A stretch of DNA of 64,000 bases from Chrysomallon squamiferum (lineage: Eukaryota; Animalia; Mollusca), in assembly GCA_012295275.1 (NCBI GenBank), contig CM022671.1, positions 19,034,001-19,098,000 on the forward strand, in the 5' to 3' direction. A program made the position numbers and the translations under genes. Under the pieces are notes generated by a model. The model was given only the letters and a program-made list of their open reading frames with translations. It did no database searches and had not been told where the DNA came from. Positions 28,980-43,100 of the stretch are shown one piece after another. Each line of letters starts with the position of its first letter. Positions within the stretch are counted from its first letter, which is position 1.

Positions 28980-31900
28980 ATGAAAAGAAAATGTGCAATT
29001 TTTCTGGACTTAGTTTTAACAGTTTGTGACATTGTAGTCACAACAGTAATATTCTGTCATGGGACAGATTTCCATTTACATTTTACAACAGATTTTTATA
29101 TGTACAGTTTTACCCATTCATTGTTTGATTTGTGGACTTTCACCATCGTTCGATCATCTGTGATACTAGGTTTAATTTATGCTGTGATCTATAACCCAAC
29201 TGATGCAATATTTCGAGCCAAGTTTGTTAAGAAAATTGTTCTAATGTTTTCTGCATTGATGTTTATGTACACAATGGTAAAACTATTGGGTATGTCTGAT
29301 GTGACTTCAAACATGAGTGACAAATGGATGTGGGCGATGTTGTCATGGACAGCAGCAGCTTCAGGCCTGTTTTTTTCTGAATGGATATTAATAAGTTCAG
29401 TGCCAGTTGTACGTGATGTTAAAAATTTAAATAATGATGAAGAAACTTCACCATTATTAGGGAACTGTTCAAAAGTAAAGGAGACGAAGAAGGAAGAAAA
29501 CAAAACAAATAAAAAATCGCATATATCTGTAAGAAGACTCTTTTCTTACATGACACCAGACTGGCCCCTGATACTTATTGGTTTTACATTTCTTATACTT
29601 GCTTCAACAGGTAATAAAGTTTGAATACATTTATATATAATTATATTGATAACTCACAGGTTTTTTTAGCTAAAAAATGGTTTATTATTTATATTTTTTA
29701 GCTAAGTTTTCTCTTTATATAATAAATATACTGAGAAATATTATAAAGACATAAATTCAATTTAAATGAAATTGTTATATCAAACTTTGTGAATGATTGT
29801 TTGCCTTCAAAACTAGGTAGCTTTTGCATTTAAATTTATTTTAATTCAGAATGTTCTAAGCATTTTTTTTTTACCTATAATTATGGGGCATGTAATCATT
29901 AAAAATGTAAAGACTAAATTATCATCATGTATTTAAAAACAGAATTTTTTAACTCCAGGTTCTTATTTTCTTTTTTTCTTACTTTCTTACTTTCTTTTTG
30001 TTTTGTTTTTATAATTTTGTAATCAACATGTTATTTCTTTTCAGGTAGAATTTTTATTCCATTTTACACAGGCCAGGTCATTGATGGGATTGCAATTGAT
30101 AAATCAGAGACAAAATTTACAAGAGCCATCATTATTATGACCTTAATAACTTTGGGAAGGTGAATCAAAAATATTTGTCCACTTAAAAATAAAAGTTTTT
30201 TTTACATTTGTTTTCTTTATCAAAAAGAAATTTAAAAAAAAAGGAAGTAATTATTGTTTAATGAGTTTTGGTTGCACATCAAACCAAATAATTCACACAA
30301 AGTTTAAATGCATGCAGTGTATTCATACAAATATACAATGGCATTACATACTTATATATACTTTAATTTTCTATGTATTTTTGTTTACAATATCAGTGAA
30401 ATAAGTATTTCATATTTTTAATTTCATTTTTCTCTCAGTGCTATTTCAGCTGGTATTCGTGGAGGTTGCTTATCATTGGTTTTGAACCGACTGGCCATCA
30501 GACTGAGAAATAATTTATTTGCCTCCATAATGAAACAAGAAGTTGGATTCTTTGATTCAGTAAAAACTGGTAAATAAAATCAGTTTATTTAATTATTTAC
30601 CAGTATTACTTTATTATTTTATTTTATAACATCAAAAGAGCATAAATTGGTATATAAAAAAAAAAAATTTCCAGACATTTATAAGACATCATAAATGATT
30701 TTACTACTGAATATGAATGTAATTCAGAGAATGTTCATTTTAGTGTGTTATGTTAAATACAAACTTCAGCTGTACAGGACCTGAGTAAAAGGTGTAAATG
30801 ACAAGTATGCATTTTTATGTTAAAATATGTAAATTTTTCTAAACTATGACACACTAAAATTATACTGACATATAACTAACAGAAACTGGATATTCACTAC
30901 CCTTCCATAATAAAATTTTTAAAACTTAACAATGAATGAGTCATTAAATTCTAGGCTTTCCAGTAACAATGCAGATACAAAAATAAGTTCTTATAACAGT
31001 GAATACAGTATTGAACATTATTGATATACCCAACAATATTTATTTATTCTAAATAAGTGAAGGCATTAAACTAAACATCACTACCAAATCTAACCCAGAG
31101 TTAACATTTATTTAGATTATATTAATTAAATATTTTCTTTGTTTAAGTTGGGATCTGTGTTAGTGTTTATTGTTTTGTTACATTTTTTGTTTGTTCTCCT
31201 CCTAATAAAATCTAGATAGTTAGATATTTTATATTTTTTGCAAAATCATAATCATTTTCAGGTGATATCACATCTAGACTAACTTCAGACACAACTACAA
31301 CAAGTGAAGCTCTTTCACTGAATATGAACATTTTTCTCAGAAGCCTAATTACAGCAGGTATTTCATTATATCTATGTATTGGAGGGTTTTGATTATTTAC
31401 TTTTTTCTTTTCATTTTTGTTACACTATCATTAACCATTAAATCCTGTAATTTTCTGGAGTTATAAGGGTATAAGTTTATGGCTTTAATATTCAAAGTCA
31501 TGCATTTTGGTTAGCATTTTTGTAAATTAATTTTAAATTAGAATGTAATGTCATAATTACTAAAATGACCATGTTTTAACTGTTTGTTTGTAAAGGTGGT
31601 GGTTTTGAAATTCTTACTTTTAATAATGAAAAATTAGTTTTGATTTTGGTATTGTTTTTGGATTGGGATATATTAAAGGTTGCTAATATTTTCAGTTGGT
31701 GTGGTATTCTTCATGTTTAGATTGTCATGGCAATTGACAGTCTTAACTTTTATTGGGCTTCCAGTACTTCTGGGTGTAGCTCATGTTTATGGCAGTTATT
31801 TTGAGGTTAGTATATTTTTTATCTGATATTTTTTTACATTACATTATTATATTGTTTTTGGTGCATTTAAAATTATCATCTTGAAATCACACTAAATTAA

Positions 31901-34900
31901 AAATTGAAAATCTGTAAGTTTTATTTGAGTAAAACCTTAATTCTTTTTCATATTCTGTTGATAGTGTTACATTTCAGGGTTTATTTTTAGCTATTAAAAA
32001 AATATATATATATATATAGTTTATTTTTTTAATATTTGTTTTTTCTTCTTTTTTTTAATTGATTGTTTAATTTATTTGTTTATTTATTTTTTTATTATTA
32101 TTTTTTTTACATTTCAGAAACTCTCAGAACGTGTACAGGACAGTTTAGCTGTAGCAAATTCTGTAGCAGAAGAGGCTTGTTCCACAATGAGAACTGTTCG
32201 TAGTTTTGCTAATGAGGAAGGGGAGACAATTCGTTATAAGAAAACCCTTGATGACACCTACAAACTATATAAAAAAGAATCATTGGCTTATGCAGGTTAC
32301 ATGTGGTCAACCCAAGTATGGATTGTTTCTTTGATTATATTCCTAAAATATGTGATATTTTTTGGAGTATTTGAAAGATCCAAAAATAACATTCAGAATA
32401 TTTTTATTATTTTTTTTTTTTTCTTGGTTTTGTTTTACTTTTTTGCTTTTAAATAAAAACATAAAGCCTGAATGTTCTCATGCATAATAACTTTACAGTC
32501 TGCATAGATCACAAATGTATTGTTTTTCATTTTCTCCTTCTGATTTCATTGTTTTTAATAATCTGTATTATTATTAATAATAGTAAAAAATGGTAATAAC
32601 ATGTTTCAGAGTCTGTAGATATTTTTGTTATTACTGTTTTGTACTTTTTAAACTTTTTCATCTTCAGATTTTGGAGTTGACACTGACTGTTAGTGTTCTC
32701 TATTTTGGTGGCCATCTTGTCATTTCAGACAAACTTACTGGTGGAAATCTTGTGTCCTTCATTCTTTATATGCTGGAACTTACGAATGCTCTTGATGTTA
32801 GTATAAATTTAAAAATTAATTTTCAGTATATACAGTATCTATTTATATTTTAATTAACCATGTAATTCTTAATTTTTATTTTAAATTAGGATTAAATGGT
32901 TCTACATAATTAGAATTTAAAACAAAATTTGGATTGTTTAACATTAATTTCATATTAAAGCTTTTAAAATATTACTAACAAATGTTGTTTATTTATTTAT
33001 TTATTTATTATTACTTTTTAGTCAGTTTGTTTCTTATTCATAAAACCATTTTGTCTATATTTGTATCGCTACCATATGATAACAGGTAAGGCTTTATTTT
33101 ATGATAGGAGTAGTGATGATGTAATATTTATATGCATGTATTGAAATATATTTGTAAAATATTCGTTATGGTTGTAGAGTTTGGCCGGTGTGTATACTGG
33201 TGTTTTGCAAGCAATTGGAGCATCTCACAAAGTATTTGAATACATTGACCGCAAACCAGTATTGCCTACATCTGTAGGAAAGTATGTACCCGATATTCTG
33301 ACTGGCAAGATAGAATTCAGAGATGTCAGTTTTGCATATCCTTCAAGACAAGAAACTCTAGTGTTAAAGGTAATAATTAAATGTTTGTGTGTGTGGACAG
33401 CATACAGAGAAAACTGTTCAAGTCTGCCTGTAATGGGCATTATGTTTGACTTCACCAGAGAGTACTGCCCCATTTAGTAAATGAGATAATTTGTAAACTA
33501 AGATTTTTGTATTTGTTTTTATTATTCCTTTGGTTTGCAGCATTTCACTTAAAAAATTGTGGTTTGTTATGTAAATTCTTTTGAGAATGTGAATTTAATT
33601 GTTAATATCATATTTTTTAAATGCTTACCAAATATCACTGAAGAGCGTCAGTTTTATTATAAATTAATAAGTATTATATGTAATTTTCATAAGACCATTA
33701 TCTCTCTGCAGAATGTTAGCTTTGCAGTAAATCCTGGGGAAATTGTTGCTCTCGTTGGTCCAAGTGGAGGTGGAAAGAGTTCTTGTGTCAATCTCATTGA
33801 ACGTTTTTATGAAACAAAAACAGGAAATGTTTTACTTGATTCAGTCCCAATAAAGGACTATGATCACAAATATCTACATAAAAAGGTGACTCTTAAAAAA
33901 AATATTATTATAAAATAACAAAAATCTCTCAGAATTAATGTTGAGCAATCTTTTCCATTTTAACTATAAATGTAATGCATTTTTAATTAGTTCATGGGCA
34001 GATTCATTTATTGCTGGCTTTGGAAATTCATTTAAAGTGAATTTTGGTAAGACTGTCTAATGCATGTTATGATAATGAAAAAAAAAAAAAAAACGGAAAC
34101 GCTTTTATTTATTTATCTTTATTTTTATTTATTTTTAAATTTAATTCTTCTTTGATATATTTTAGATAGCTTTGGTTAGTCAAGAGCCAGTTTTGTATGG
34201 TCGCACAATCCATGAAAATATAGCTTACGGGCTAGATGACTGCAGTGATGAAGATGTGAAGCAAGCAGCAATTTCAGCCAATGCTCATCAGTTTATCTTG
34301 GACATGAAAGACCAATACAAGACACAGACAGGAGAAAAAGGAGTACAGCTGTCAGGTAAAGTTCTTTAAATAATGAATATTAATTATATTTTATATCCCA
34401 GCTTTGTACAATGATGAAAAACTTAATTTCTAAACACTGATTACTTTTAGTAAAAATAAATAATAAATTAGGATGGCATACAACAGGACATTTTTCAAGC
34501 TAGAATTTAAATTACAGAAGCTATATAATAATGTAATTAAAAATTGAAAGCATTAAAAAAAAGTTACAGAGAAAAAGGGAATAAATTTTTCCTTTATGTA
34601 TTTCTAACTAAACTTACAGACCAAAGCAAAATATGTTTTAAATGTCCATAGCATGGCTAATTAATAAGGTCAGCTGCAGTGTTTTTTTATGAAAATATTT
34701 TCAAGCCTACTGAATATATAATCTCTTTTTTTTATAATACTGAAATAAATAAATATCTAACAGTTTTATTTATATATTCTGCTTTATATCTACACATATA
34801 TTTATTTAGATTTTAATATTTATTCAACAATTCAGAATTACAGGAATCTAAATAAATTGTTTATTTAGGAGGTCAAAAACAGAGGATAGCAATTGCACGA

Positions 34901-35730
34901 GCTTTAATAAGAAACCCCCGAGTTCTTCTCTTGGATGAGGCAACAAGTGCATTAGATGCAGAATCAGAACATATGGTAAGAAAATATCTACAAATGCCTT
35001 TATTAACATTTGTTTAAAACTAAGTAAAACAAATTTAATAACAGTAACATAATACTTTGATACCAGTCAGTGAAATATTACTTTATTAGATGCATTGATA
35101 AAAAAAAAAAGAAGCTAGAGCTAAACATTAAGTTTTCTTGAAGTCAGATACGTTCAGATACCAAAGGAATGGGATGAGACTTCTTTGTGCTTTTTTGCCA
35201 TTCCAGACAGTGCTAGAATATTATTTATTTCAGTACTGTTTCCTCACAGTACCAATGAGTGAAATGAAGGGATGTATGTAATAATGAGTTTCATCCTGTA
35301 TTCTTCTTTCTGCTGTAGTACAACATCAAAATATATTTCAAAATAAGAATTTAAAAATTGTTTTCAGGTACAGCAAGCATTATACAGCAACATGACTGGC
35401 CGTACAGTGATCATCATAGCCCACCGTCTGAGCACAGTAGAAAAGGCTCACAGGATTGTTGTTATTGAGAAAGGAGTGGTGAAGGAGCAAGGAACACACA
35501 GAGAACTTCTCTCTAAAGGAGGAATGTATGCTAAGCTTGTAAAAAGACAGATTCTTGGTTTTGATGAAATGTTATCAGACTTGAATGTAAATGCAGATAC
35601 TGAGATACTTTCAGATGCGAAAAATATTTCTGCCACAAGTGAGAGCATAGAGTCAAAAGGCTCAAATTTTAGTTTTCAGTCATGTGATGCTTCCACATCA
35701 AATGTGTTGTTTAAAGTTGGATCTTGCTGA
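28980..35730 (+). CDS. ABCB9: ABCB9/TAPL-like peptide half-transporter (TMD0 + ABC membrane + NBD), 12 coding exons, ~811 aa
   Basis: Exons 28980-29610, 30045-30159, 30439-30569, 31262-31357, 31696-31805, 32118-32315, 32668-32796, 33178-33369, 33712-33885, 34166-34355, 34869-34975, 35368-35730; total 2436 nt in frame. Walker [10 protein letters not shown]-loop VSQEP, signature LSGGQKQR, Walker [13 protein letters not shown]-loop IAHRL. TAP-family motifs [11 protein letters not shown] and [11 protein letters not shown]; hydrophobic N-terminal TMD0. Confidence 0.92.
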
Positions 35731-36600
35731 AAATATTGTTCAGGTTTTTAATTCATTAAAAACAAATATATGATCATTAGTTAGGCCCCTGTTTAGTCAG
35801 TTTGCTTTTCCTGTTACATATGTCACATGAAAAATTGTTACCCACAAGGAAAATTGTGTTCAATGCATCCTAAAATGTTAGTTTATGGTCTTTGTCATTT
35901 AAAACATTTTTTTTGTTGTTATGTGAAACTAGTCTTTTTGAAATGTATTTGAAAGTCCTTAGCAATTTGTATATTTAATGTTGTTTAAAATTAACCTTAC
36001 ATTTCATAAAGTTTTTCTTAAACAATCGAGTTTAAAATGAAAGTTAAAGCAAAGTATTAGTAAACTTGCAAATAAAACATGAAGCAAGTTAAAAGTAGAC
36101 ATTTGCTTTATTTCATCTAAAATAACTTCATACTGACACTGTCAATCAACAACACTCTAACAAGAAAAAGTAATACATTTTTTTTAAAAGACAGATCAGC
36201 ATTGTGAAGTTATCACTGGCAGTGCCCATTTGGATTTACTGATTATCCTTAACATGATAAAAAATAAAAGTATTAACTCAGATTACACTAACAAACCTAA
36301 CAGAAATATTTCATTTTAACAATATAACAATATCCTGAGCCAGTGAAATGCATTACAATAAACTAAATTTTTTACCTTCTTTACCTAACACAAACATTTG
36401 TATGAATAATATAATTACAAATGGTATTTGAGATTTGAAAAAAAAATTAAATTATTGCTTTATCAAAATGAACAGAATATACATCAGTTTTTTTTTGGCT
36501 GGGATGTTAATAAAAGGTTAGGAAAAGGCTAATTGAAAATATACTGATTAAAAAATTTACAATGAACTTAACTGATTTTATTTCCTATTAATGTTTGAAG

Positions 36601-36634
<34 letters not shown>

Positions 36635-39600
36635 CTGTTTGTATGAAATGTATATTAAATTTTCAAGCACCAAAATTGCTGTTGTTGTCTAATCCAGGAA
36701 TGTGAAAACCAGTAATATTGTTTTAGCTTAAATAATTGCAGAATGGGTAATGAAACATTTAAATAAGTGTATTTGGTAACTCTATCACATTTTTATTTGT
36801 TACATTCTTTATGTCTACAACAATGCATAATGAGTAAAAGTAACTTTGTATCATCAAAGAAAAAATTAAAATAAGTAAATAAATAAATAAATAACACTGT
36901 GTCTCAAATCTCATCCCAAGCTTGTTAATATTTAAAACTACTGTCCAAAAATTATACAGCTAAATATTTTATATCAAAACCTTTTTTCAAAATTTAGTAA
37001 ATATTTCTATTAGTTTGAAACAGTATTACTGCAAGCATAAAAAATATTTCTTGTATAAATAACAGCAACAAATGAAGCCAAATGTATGAATTGAAACTTA
37101 CAACAATAAATTGAATGATTAAAAATACTGCATTCATTGTTATCTACCCATTTGAAAAGTTATGATACTTTACTAAGACTATCAATTCACAGCATTAATT
37201 TTGAAAAATAAAATAAAAATTAGGATATGGAAAATTCACGATAAATTGACGTGTAACATTTTAACTAAAACTATCCAAAAAAATAAATAAGAATAAATGT
37301 CACAAGCCTTAAATAATAAGGCACATGAATGTGATAAAACAACTGTTAATTTATTATTACTTTCAACAATATTCACAGAACCACACAATATTTGTTTTGA
37401 AGTGATTTTTTTTTCTTAAATCTGAAAATGTGACCTTTTTTTTTGTCTTTTCTACAAGAGACTTTCATATAGTAAATAAAAGACAAAAGGATAAATATAT
37501 ATATACATATATATGTACAAACACACACATATATGCATGCCAATATACATATGTACATGTTTTACGTAAACAAAAATTTAAATTAAATGTCACGAACGTC
37601 TGCCTTCTTATTTTAATATTAATAAAAACCTGTACATATTAGTCCAATGTTCTAGTAATAGAAATACTTATACTTAACAATATGTAATATTTAACAAAGT
37701 GAAACACAAAGAAAAAAAAAAAAAATTAAATGACTAGGATAAAGCATATAACTTAACAATTTTGCCTTTTAAAAATTATTTTTAAAAATATTAAATTTAT
37801 GTATCTTTGTCAAAGGCAAGTAATAAGAAAAGAAAAACAAATGTCTTTGACATATTATTTTTCATTCATAATACCAGCAACAAAGGTATATTCTGGTTTT
37901 CTCTATAAAAGACGAGATCAGATACAGACACTTTGAAATTAATCAATAATAATAATAATAATTAACATAAAATAAGAACATATGTATACCAAGATCAAAA
38001 TGAGTAAATTTATACTGATATAAAACAATGAAATGCTTTTGCTATCTTGTGATTACAATGGTCAAATATACCTGAAATAATAATAACCAAAGCTTTTCAC
38101 ACTGTCAAAATGTTCTGTCATCTGTATTTTTCACTGTTTTATAACTGAAAAATAACTGACTAGATAAATTTTTCAACAGAATGAAATGATGTAGAACAGG
38201 TATTTATGCATTTTTGTGACCCAAGACTAAGGCTAAGAAAACAGAGAATGTCTGAATAGAACAGAACAGTAATTTGTATTTCAAAACATTTTTAGTTATA
38301 TTCTTATTGGTAAAAGTTTTATAACTAAACTAAAATTAACCAAAAATAAACAATTAAAATTTGTTTAGAATAAATCAAAAAGGACATTTCACTTGAAGTT
38401 GGTCCATTAAATGTACCAAAAAATAAAAATAAAATAATAATAAAAAATATAAAAGGTTTTACCAGGGTTTTTTTTAGTTGGTATGATAACCAAATTTATC
38501 GTGTTTAATTAAATATTACATTATAAAGAATATTTTACTTTATAAATTTGTCATTTAATTATAGAACTTGTTCTATTCCATGTTAGAAAATTTGAAAAAG
38601 ATGAAAATTTATGAAATGTTTAGCAAGGAGCTGTGGATGGTGGTGATATTATTTTGAAATTAAAAAATGAAAAAGGTTTTCTTTTTTTATTTACAGAATA
38701 ACGATTTCAACCATCACCAATGCAAATAATATCAGTGAAATTATAAAGAAATTTTTTTTATATACTATTACTGTTCACAATTTTGTTTTCTCTTGACCAT
38801 ATTTTAGAATCATCTATAAACAATAAATAAAACAAACCATTTCTCTTGTATTTAATGTTGACAATACAGAAAAAAGAAAAATTAATACACATCTTTCTAT
38901 AGTACATAATTTACCTGAACTGAATGTCACCAGCCTTTAACATAAATCAAAGTTTAATGTACAAGAAGCAGGCAAACACACGTTAAAATTCAAATCATGC
39001 AGATTCTTCAGTAAAATTCCAATCATAATTATTAATCTAATAAAACCTTTATTTATCACCTCGAAAATCCATTTAATGCCTTTGGCATTTGCAAATAAAC
39101 ATACATCCTTCTGTGAACACGTCTCTGGTACAAAAATAATTATTTCTCTATTAACAGTAATCACATCCATGATTTGGGCCCTCTATTCAAAATCAGTCCT
39201 CATCTACCACCATTACATTATTTACAGATTTGAAAACTGTCAACAAGTTATTCTTCAAGACATAATTTAAAAAAAAAAAAGAGAAAAAAAAACGGAAGAT
39301 CTTCATGAAATAAAGAACAGTAACATATTCTTTATTTTTAAATGAATTTTCATACATAACACTTTATTTTTTTTCTCAAATCGTCAATAGAAATTAAAGT
39401 CCTGATATTGTTTCTTTTTACCATAGAAACAAATCAATTAATATTTTTCAGTGCTGTTCTGCTTGTAAGTCAACATTCACGTTTCCACAGAAAAAGTTAA
39501 AATCACAGAATACAATTAGCTATAATTCTGAAGTTTTAGTACATGATTCTTTGCAGTAGCATGTGTTAAGAAGCTGAATCAATTCTGCTCGTCCCAACAT

Positions 39601-40137
39601 GTGTTAAATCTTTGATGATGCAAGTCTGAATCAGATACAGCAATCCAACGTTGTAAGATAAATCACTGGACAGTCCTTAATCAGTGTCACTTCAAACTTG
39701 TTTTGGTGTGAATTATACAAGTCTGGTAATGTATATGTAGATCCTTAACCATTACAAATAGTTGTTATAAGTCAAATCATCTACTGATTTAAGGTGTTTC
39801 TGTACAAATACCAAATCATACAATAATTTTCATCTTAACCAGCAGAATTCTGTAATGTATATAAACATTTATGAGTATTGTGTTTATGCCAAACAAAGCA
39901 TGTTAAACAAGAATCTTTCTTTTCTTGTTTGTTTCATTCCTAGAAAGACAAATTCATGAGCAAAACTTATCTTATGGTTCATTATGGATATGATTAAGCA
40001 TTTTTCAGTGCATATGCCTTTTGTCACCAATGTTGAATGTTTCTTAGAATGTTAAAAGTATAATTGTTACTTTTTTTTCTCATCAGTTTAAGTGAAAAAA
40101 ATAGAAAGATAAAAAGTAACAAATAAAGTTTCTTTTG

Positions 40138-43100
40138 TCATTTTTTGGGTGAATTTTCTAATGCTTTTTTCCTTTCTTTTCTTAATTCTTTTAATCTCTG
40201 GGAGATAATCCTTTTCATCACTTTATACTTGTACTGCAACTGGGCAGTACATTCCTCTTCTTCTCGGTCAAGAACTTTTAGGAAATTCATTAATTCAACA
40301 CAACTGAATCCATCCCACTACAAAAAAAAAAAAAAAAAAAAAAAAATTAAATCAGAGGTTTTGTTGATCAAAACAGATTTATTTCCATATAAGTAAAAAT
40401 AAAAATGATAATGATGATGATTAATGATAATGACAATAACAATAAAACTATGATCATAATATTCCTAAAGACAGTGTTGTTTATAATATATAAAAAAAAA
40501 AAAAATTAAAGAAAAAAATTAATTTTTATTTATATTGTAACTTAAGAATTACTTCAAATAATTAAAAAGGATTTTCATATGTATTGATACTGATGTTTAA
40601 GATATAAAAAATAATAATTGATATTTGAAAACAATTAACTATATGTAATATTATAAAAAAATACAAATGGCATCATAGATGGATAAATGGACTAGATTAA
40701 TTTTAAGTTATTTATCTGTACTTGAGCCAAAATATGGCTTAATTTAAACATTTTAAGCTAATGTGGTGAGTTAAACACATTTATTATTATTACTAAATAG
40801 CATTTAAAACACATTTTTAAAAACATGCTTGTCAGCTGAGACATAAAATTAACATACCACTATTTCTCCAGTCTCATTTTCCTGTAAAACAAGTCGAAAA
40901 CGGGAAACTTCAGTTGGCTTCCACCCAAGTACAACCATTAGTGGAAATTCCTTGTCATTTACTCTTCTTAGTCTCACTGAAAAAAAAAAACAACAATAAA
41001 ATAATGTTATTGCTAAGATACCTGAGAATCTTCCAGAAATATCTTACTTGACAGAATACTCCTTATGTTCAACACATTCTCAGAATACAAATTGTAAATA
41101 TTCTGGCACGGTTGTGAAATTCAAGAAAAGAATTATGTAATGCCACAAAACATGTCAGAACCAATCACAGTTTAAATTTATTTTTTAAATAAAGAAATAA
41201 AAATGAAGTGTATAGTAATTAAGTTTACTGAAAAATGTAGTCTTTCTCCACAACAGCCCAAAGAGTTAAAAAGTAATAACATTACCACACTACAATAAAG
41301 TGTTAGACTTTAAAAAATATTCTAGCCTCTTTTCTCCTTTTTTAACTCAAAACTCTGTATAAAACAGACAAGCAAGTGTTACCGCAAATTAATACTTGTA
41401 TCTAGTACAAAGAAAAAGATCAAAGTCATAATGGTAAAAACTTCATTATTATACTTCATATTTGTCCCTTTATCAAAATTCTAAATAAATATTGTCACTT
41501 CACCTGCTGTGTAAACTAAACATTTTGTGACTGAACTATATAGACATTTTTAATTGGACTGATTTAAGGTTCATGTCCTAGATAAAATTGTGTCTCGGAG
41601 AAAACAAACTTATCCACATTTATTTCAAGAGTTTGTAACTTCTCAAAGCCAGATCATCACTAAACTAGAATTTACCAAAAATATAATGTATTGTGCAATC
41701 CTGTGATTTATAAAGCATCTAAATAAAAAACTTCAGTAAAGCAAAAGACCCTCCAAATGAAATTTTTAGCTATTCAGTTTTGAAAAGTTTCACTGGAATT
41801 GCAAGATAAAAAAAAGAAGGAAAAAAAGAATTGCTAGTTTAATAATAATCACATATAAAACACTTCACTATATTTCAACAGGTTGGCAAACTTTTGTGAT
41901 AATAATAAATAACATACCAAGTTTAGTTTTATTGAATTCTTGTTCATACATGGCAAACTTCCTTGGATGATCAAGAATATGGAATTTTGTTAGAAGTGAT
42001 GTGATAACTTCTTTAGTTGTTGTGGTGCTGAAAATAACATCAATAATAATGGTTAGATTTTTTTGACAAAATAAACATCAAAAGGAACAGTATTTTGATA
42101 ACTTTTTTACAAAACAAATAATACTGCAACTTCTTAATCTTCAGAGCAAAAATATAAAAATAAAAATAAAAATTAAGATAAATAGGAAACAATCTAATGT
42201 TAAATCTGACTACTAGAAAATAAAGATTTATTTTTATTTTAAAACACTGCAAAAGGACACTTGGTAAATTTAAAAAAAAAAAAAAAAATTATTACATTAA
42301 TATATAATTTATAATGAATACAAAAAAATATAATTTAAACTTTCTTTCAATTTTGGTGTTTCTACTACTTTTACCACTTAATAAAAAAAACTGTACTATT
42401 GTTATGTCTTATTTTTCTTTTCTGTCTGTGCTAACCTGGAGACATGAATGGATTTGACAGTGTCTCGGGGCATGTAGAAAGCAATCTGTGTCGTATTCTG
42501 CTCCACTATATGTTCCTTTGTAAGAAGTTCATAGATTGATGGAGGACGGGCTCCAAGAGACATTGTGATTGGCCGAACAAGGTTCAAAGTTACTTTCAAA
42601 AACCCATGGAATGTGTCACCCTTCTCATCCTGCAAGAGAACAGAATAAGCTTTTACTATTATCAAAACATTATTAGAATAGTCTCTCTGGTTGCATCAAA
42701 TGTAATAATTTTTCTTCTATTATCTTGCACTATTTGTCAAATTAATATTATTATTTTTACCATGTAAATTTTCTGAACACAAATCTATTGTGTGTGACAG
42801 TGCTCAGTATGCTTTTGTAATCAGCTGATTTTAATTATTAATACAACTCTGCACAATAATTTCGCCTTTCTACAGCATAAATAATAACCCAACTTTTCTT
42901 GCAGTCAACAGGGGAAAAAAATAATCAGATTTGCATAAAAATTTACTTAAGGTTCCTTCTTTATCATATATTTGTTTTGATGCAAATTGAGACACATTAT
43001 GTATTTGCATTATTATTATTATTTCTTTTTTTTAAAAGAAATATTTTCCTGGTATATAAATATTTTTAAATACTTGATTTCATTTTTTCTCTTACCAATT

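Noticed and set aside
35731-40137. 4.4 kb AT-rich interval between convergent ABCB9 and RASSF stops with short ORFs (37373-39270)
   Set aside because: No coding signal; most simply explained as 3'UTRs and intergenic DNA.
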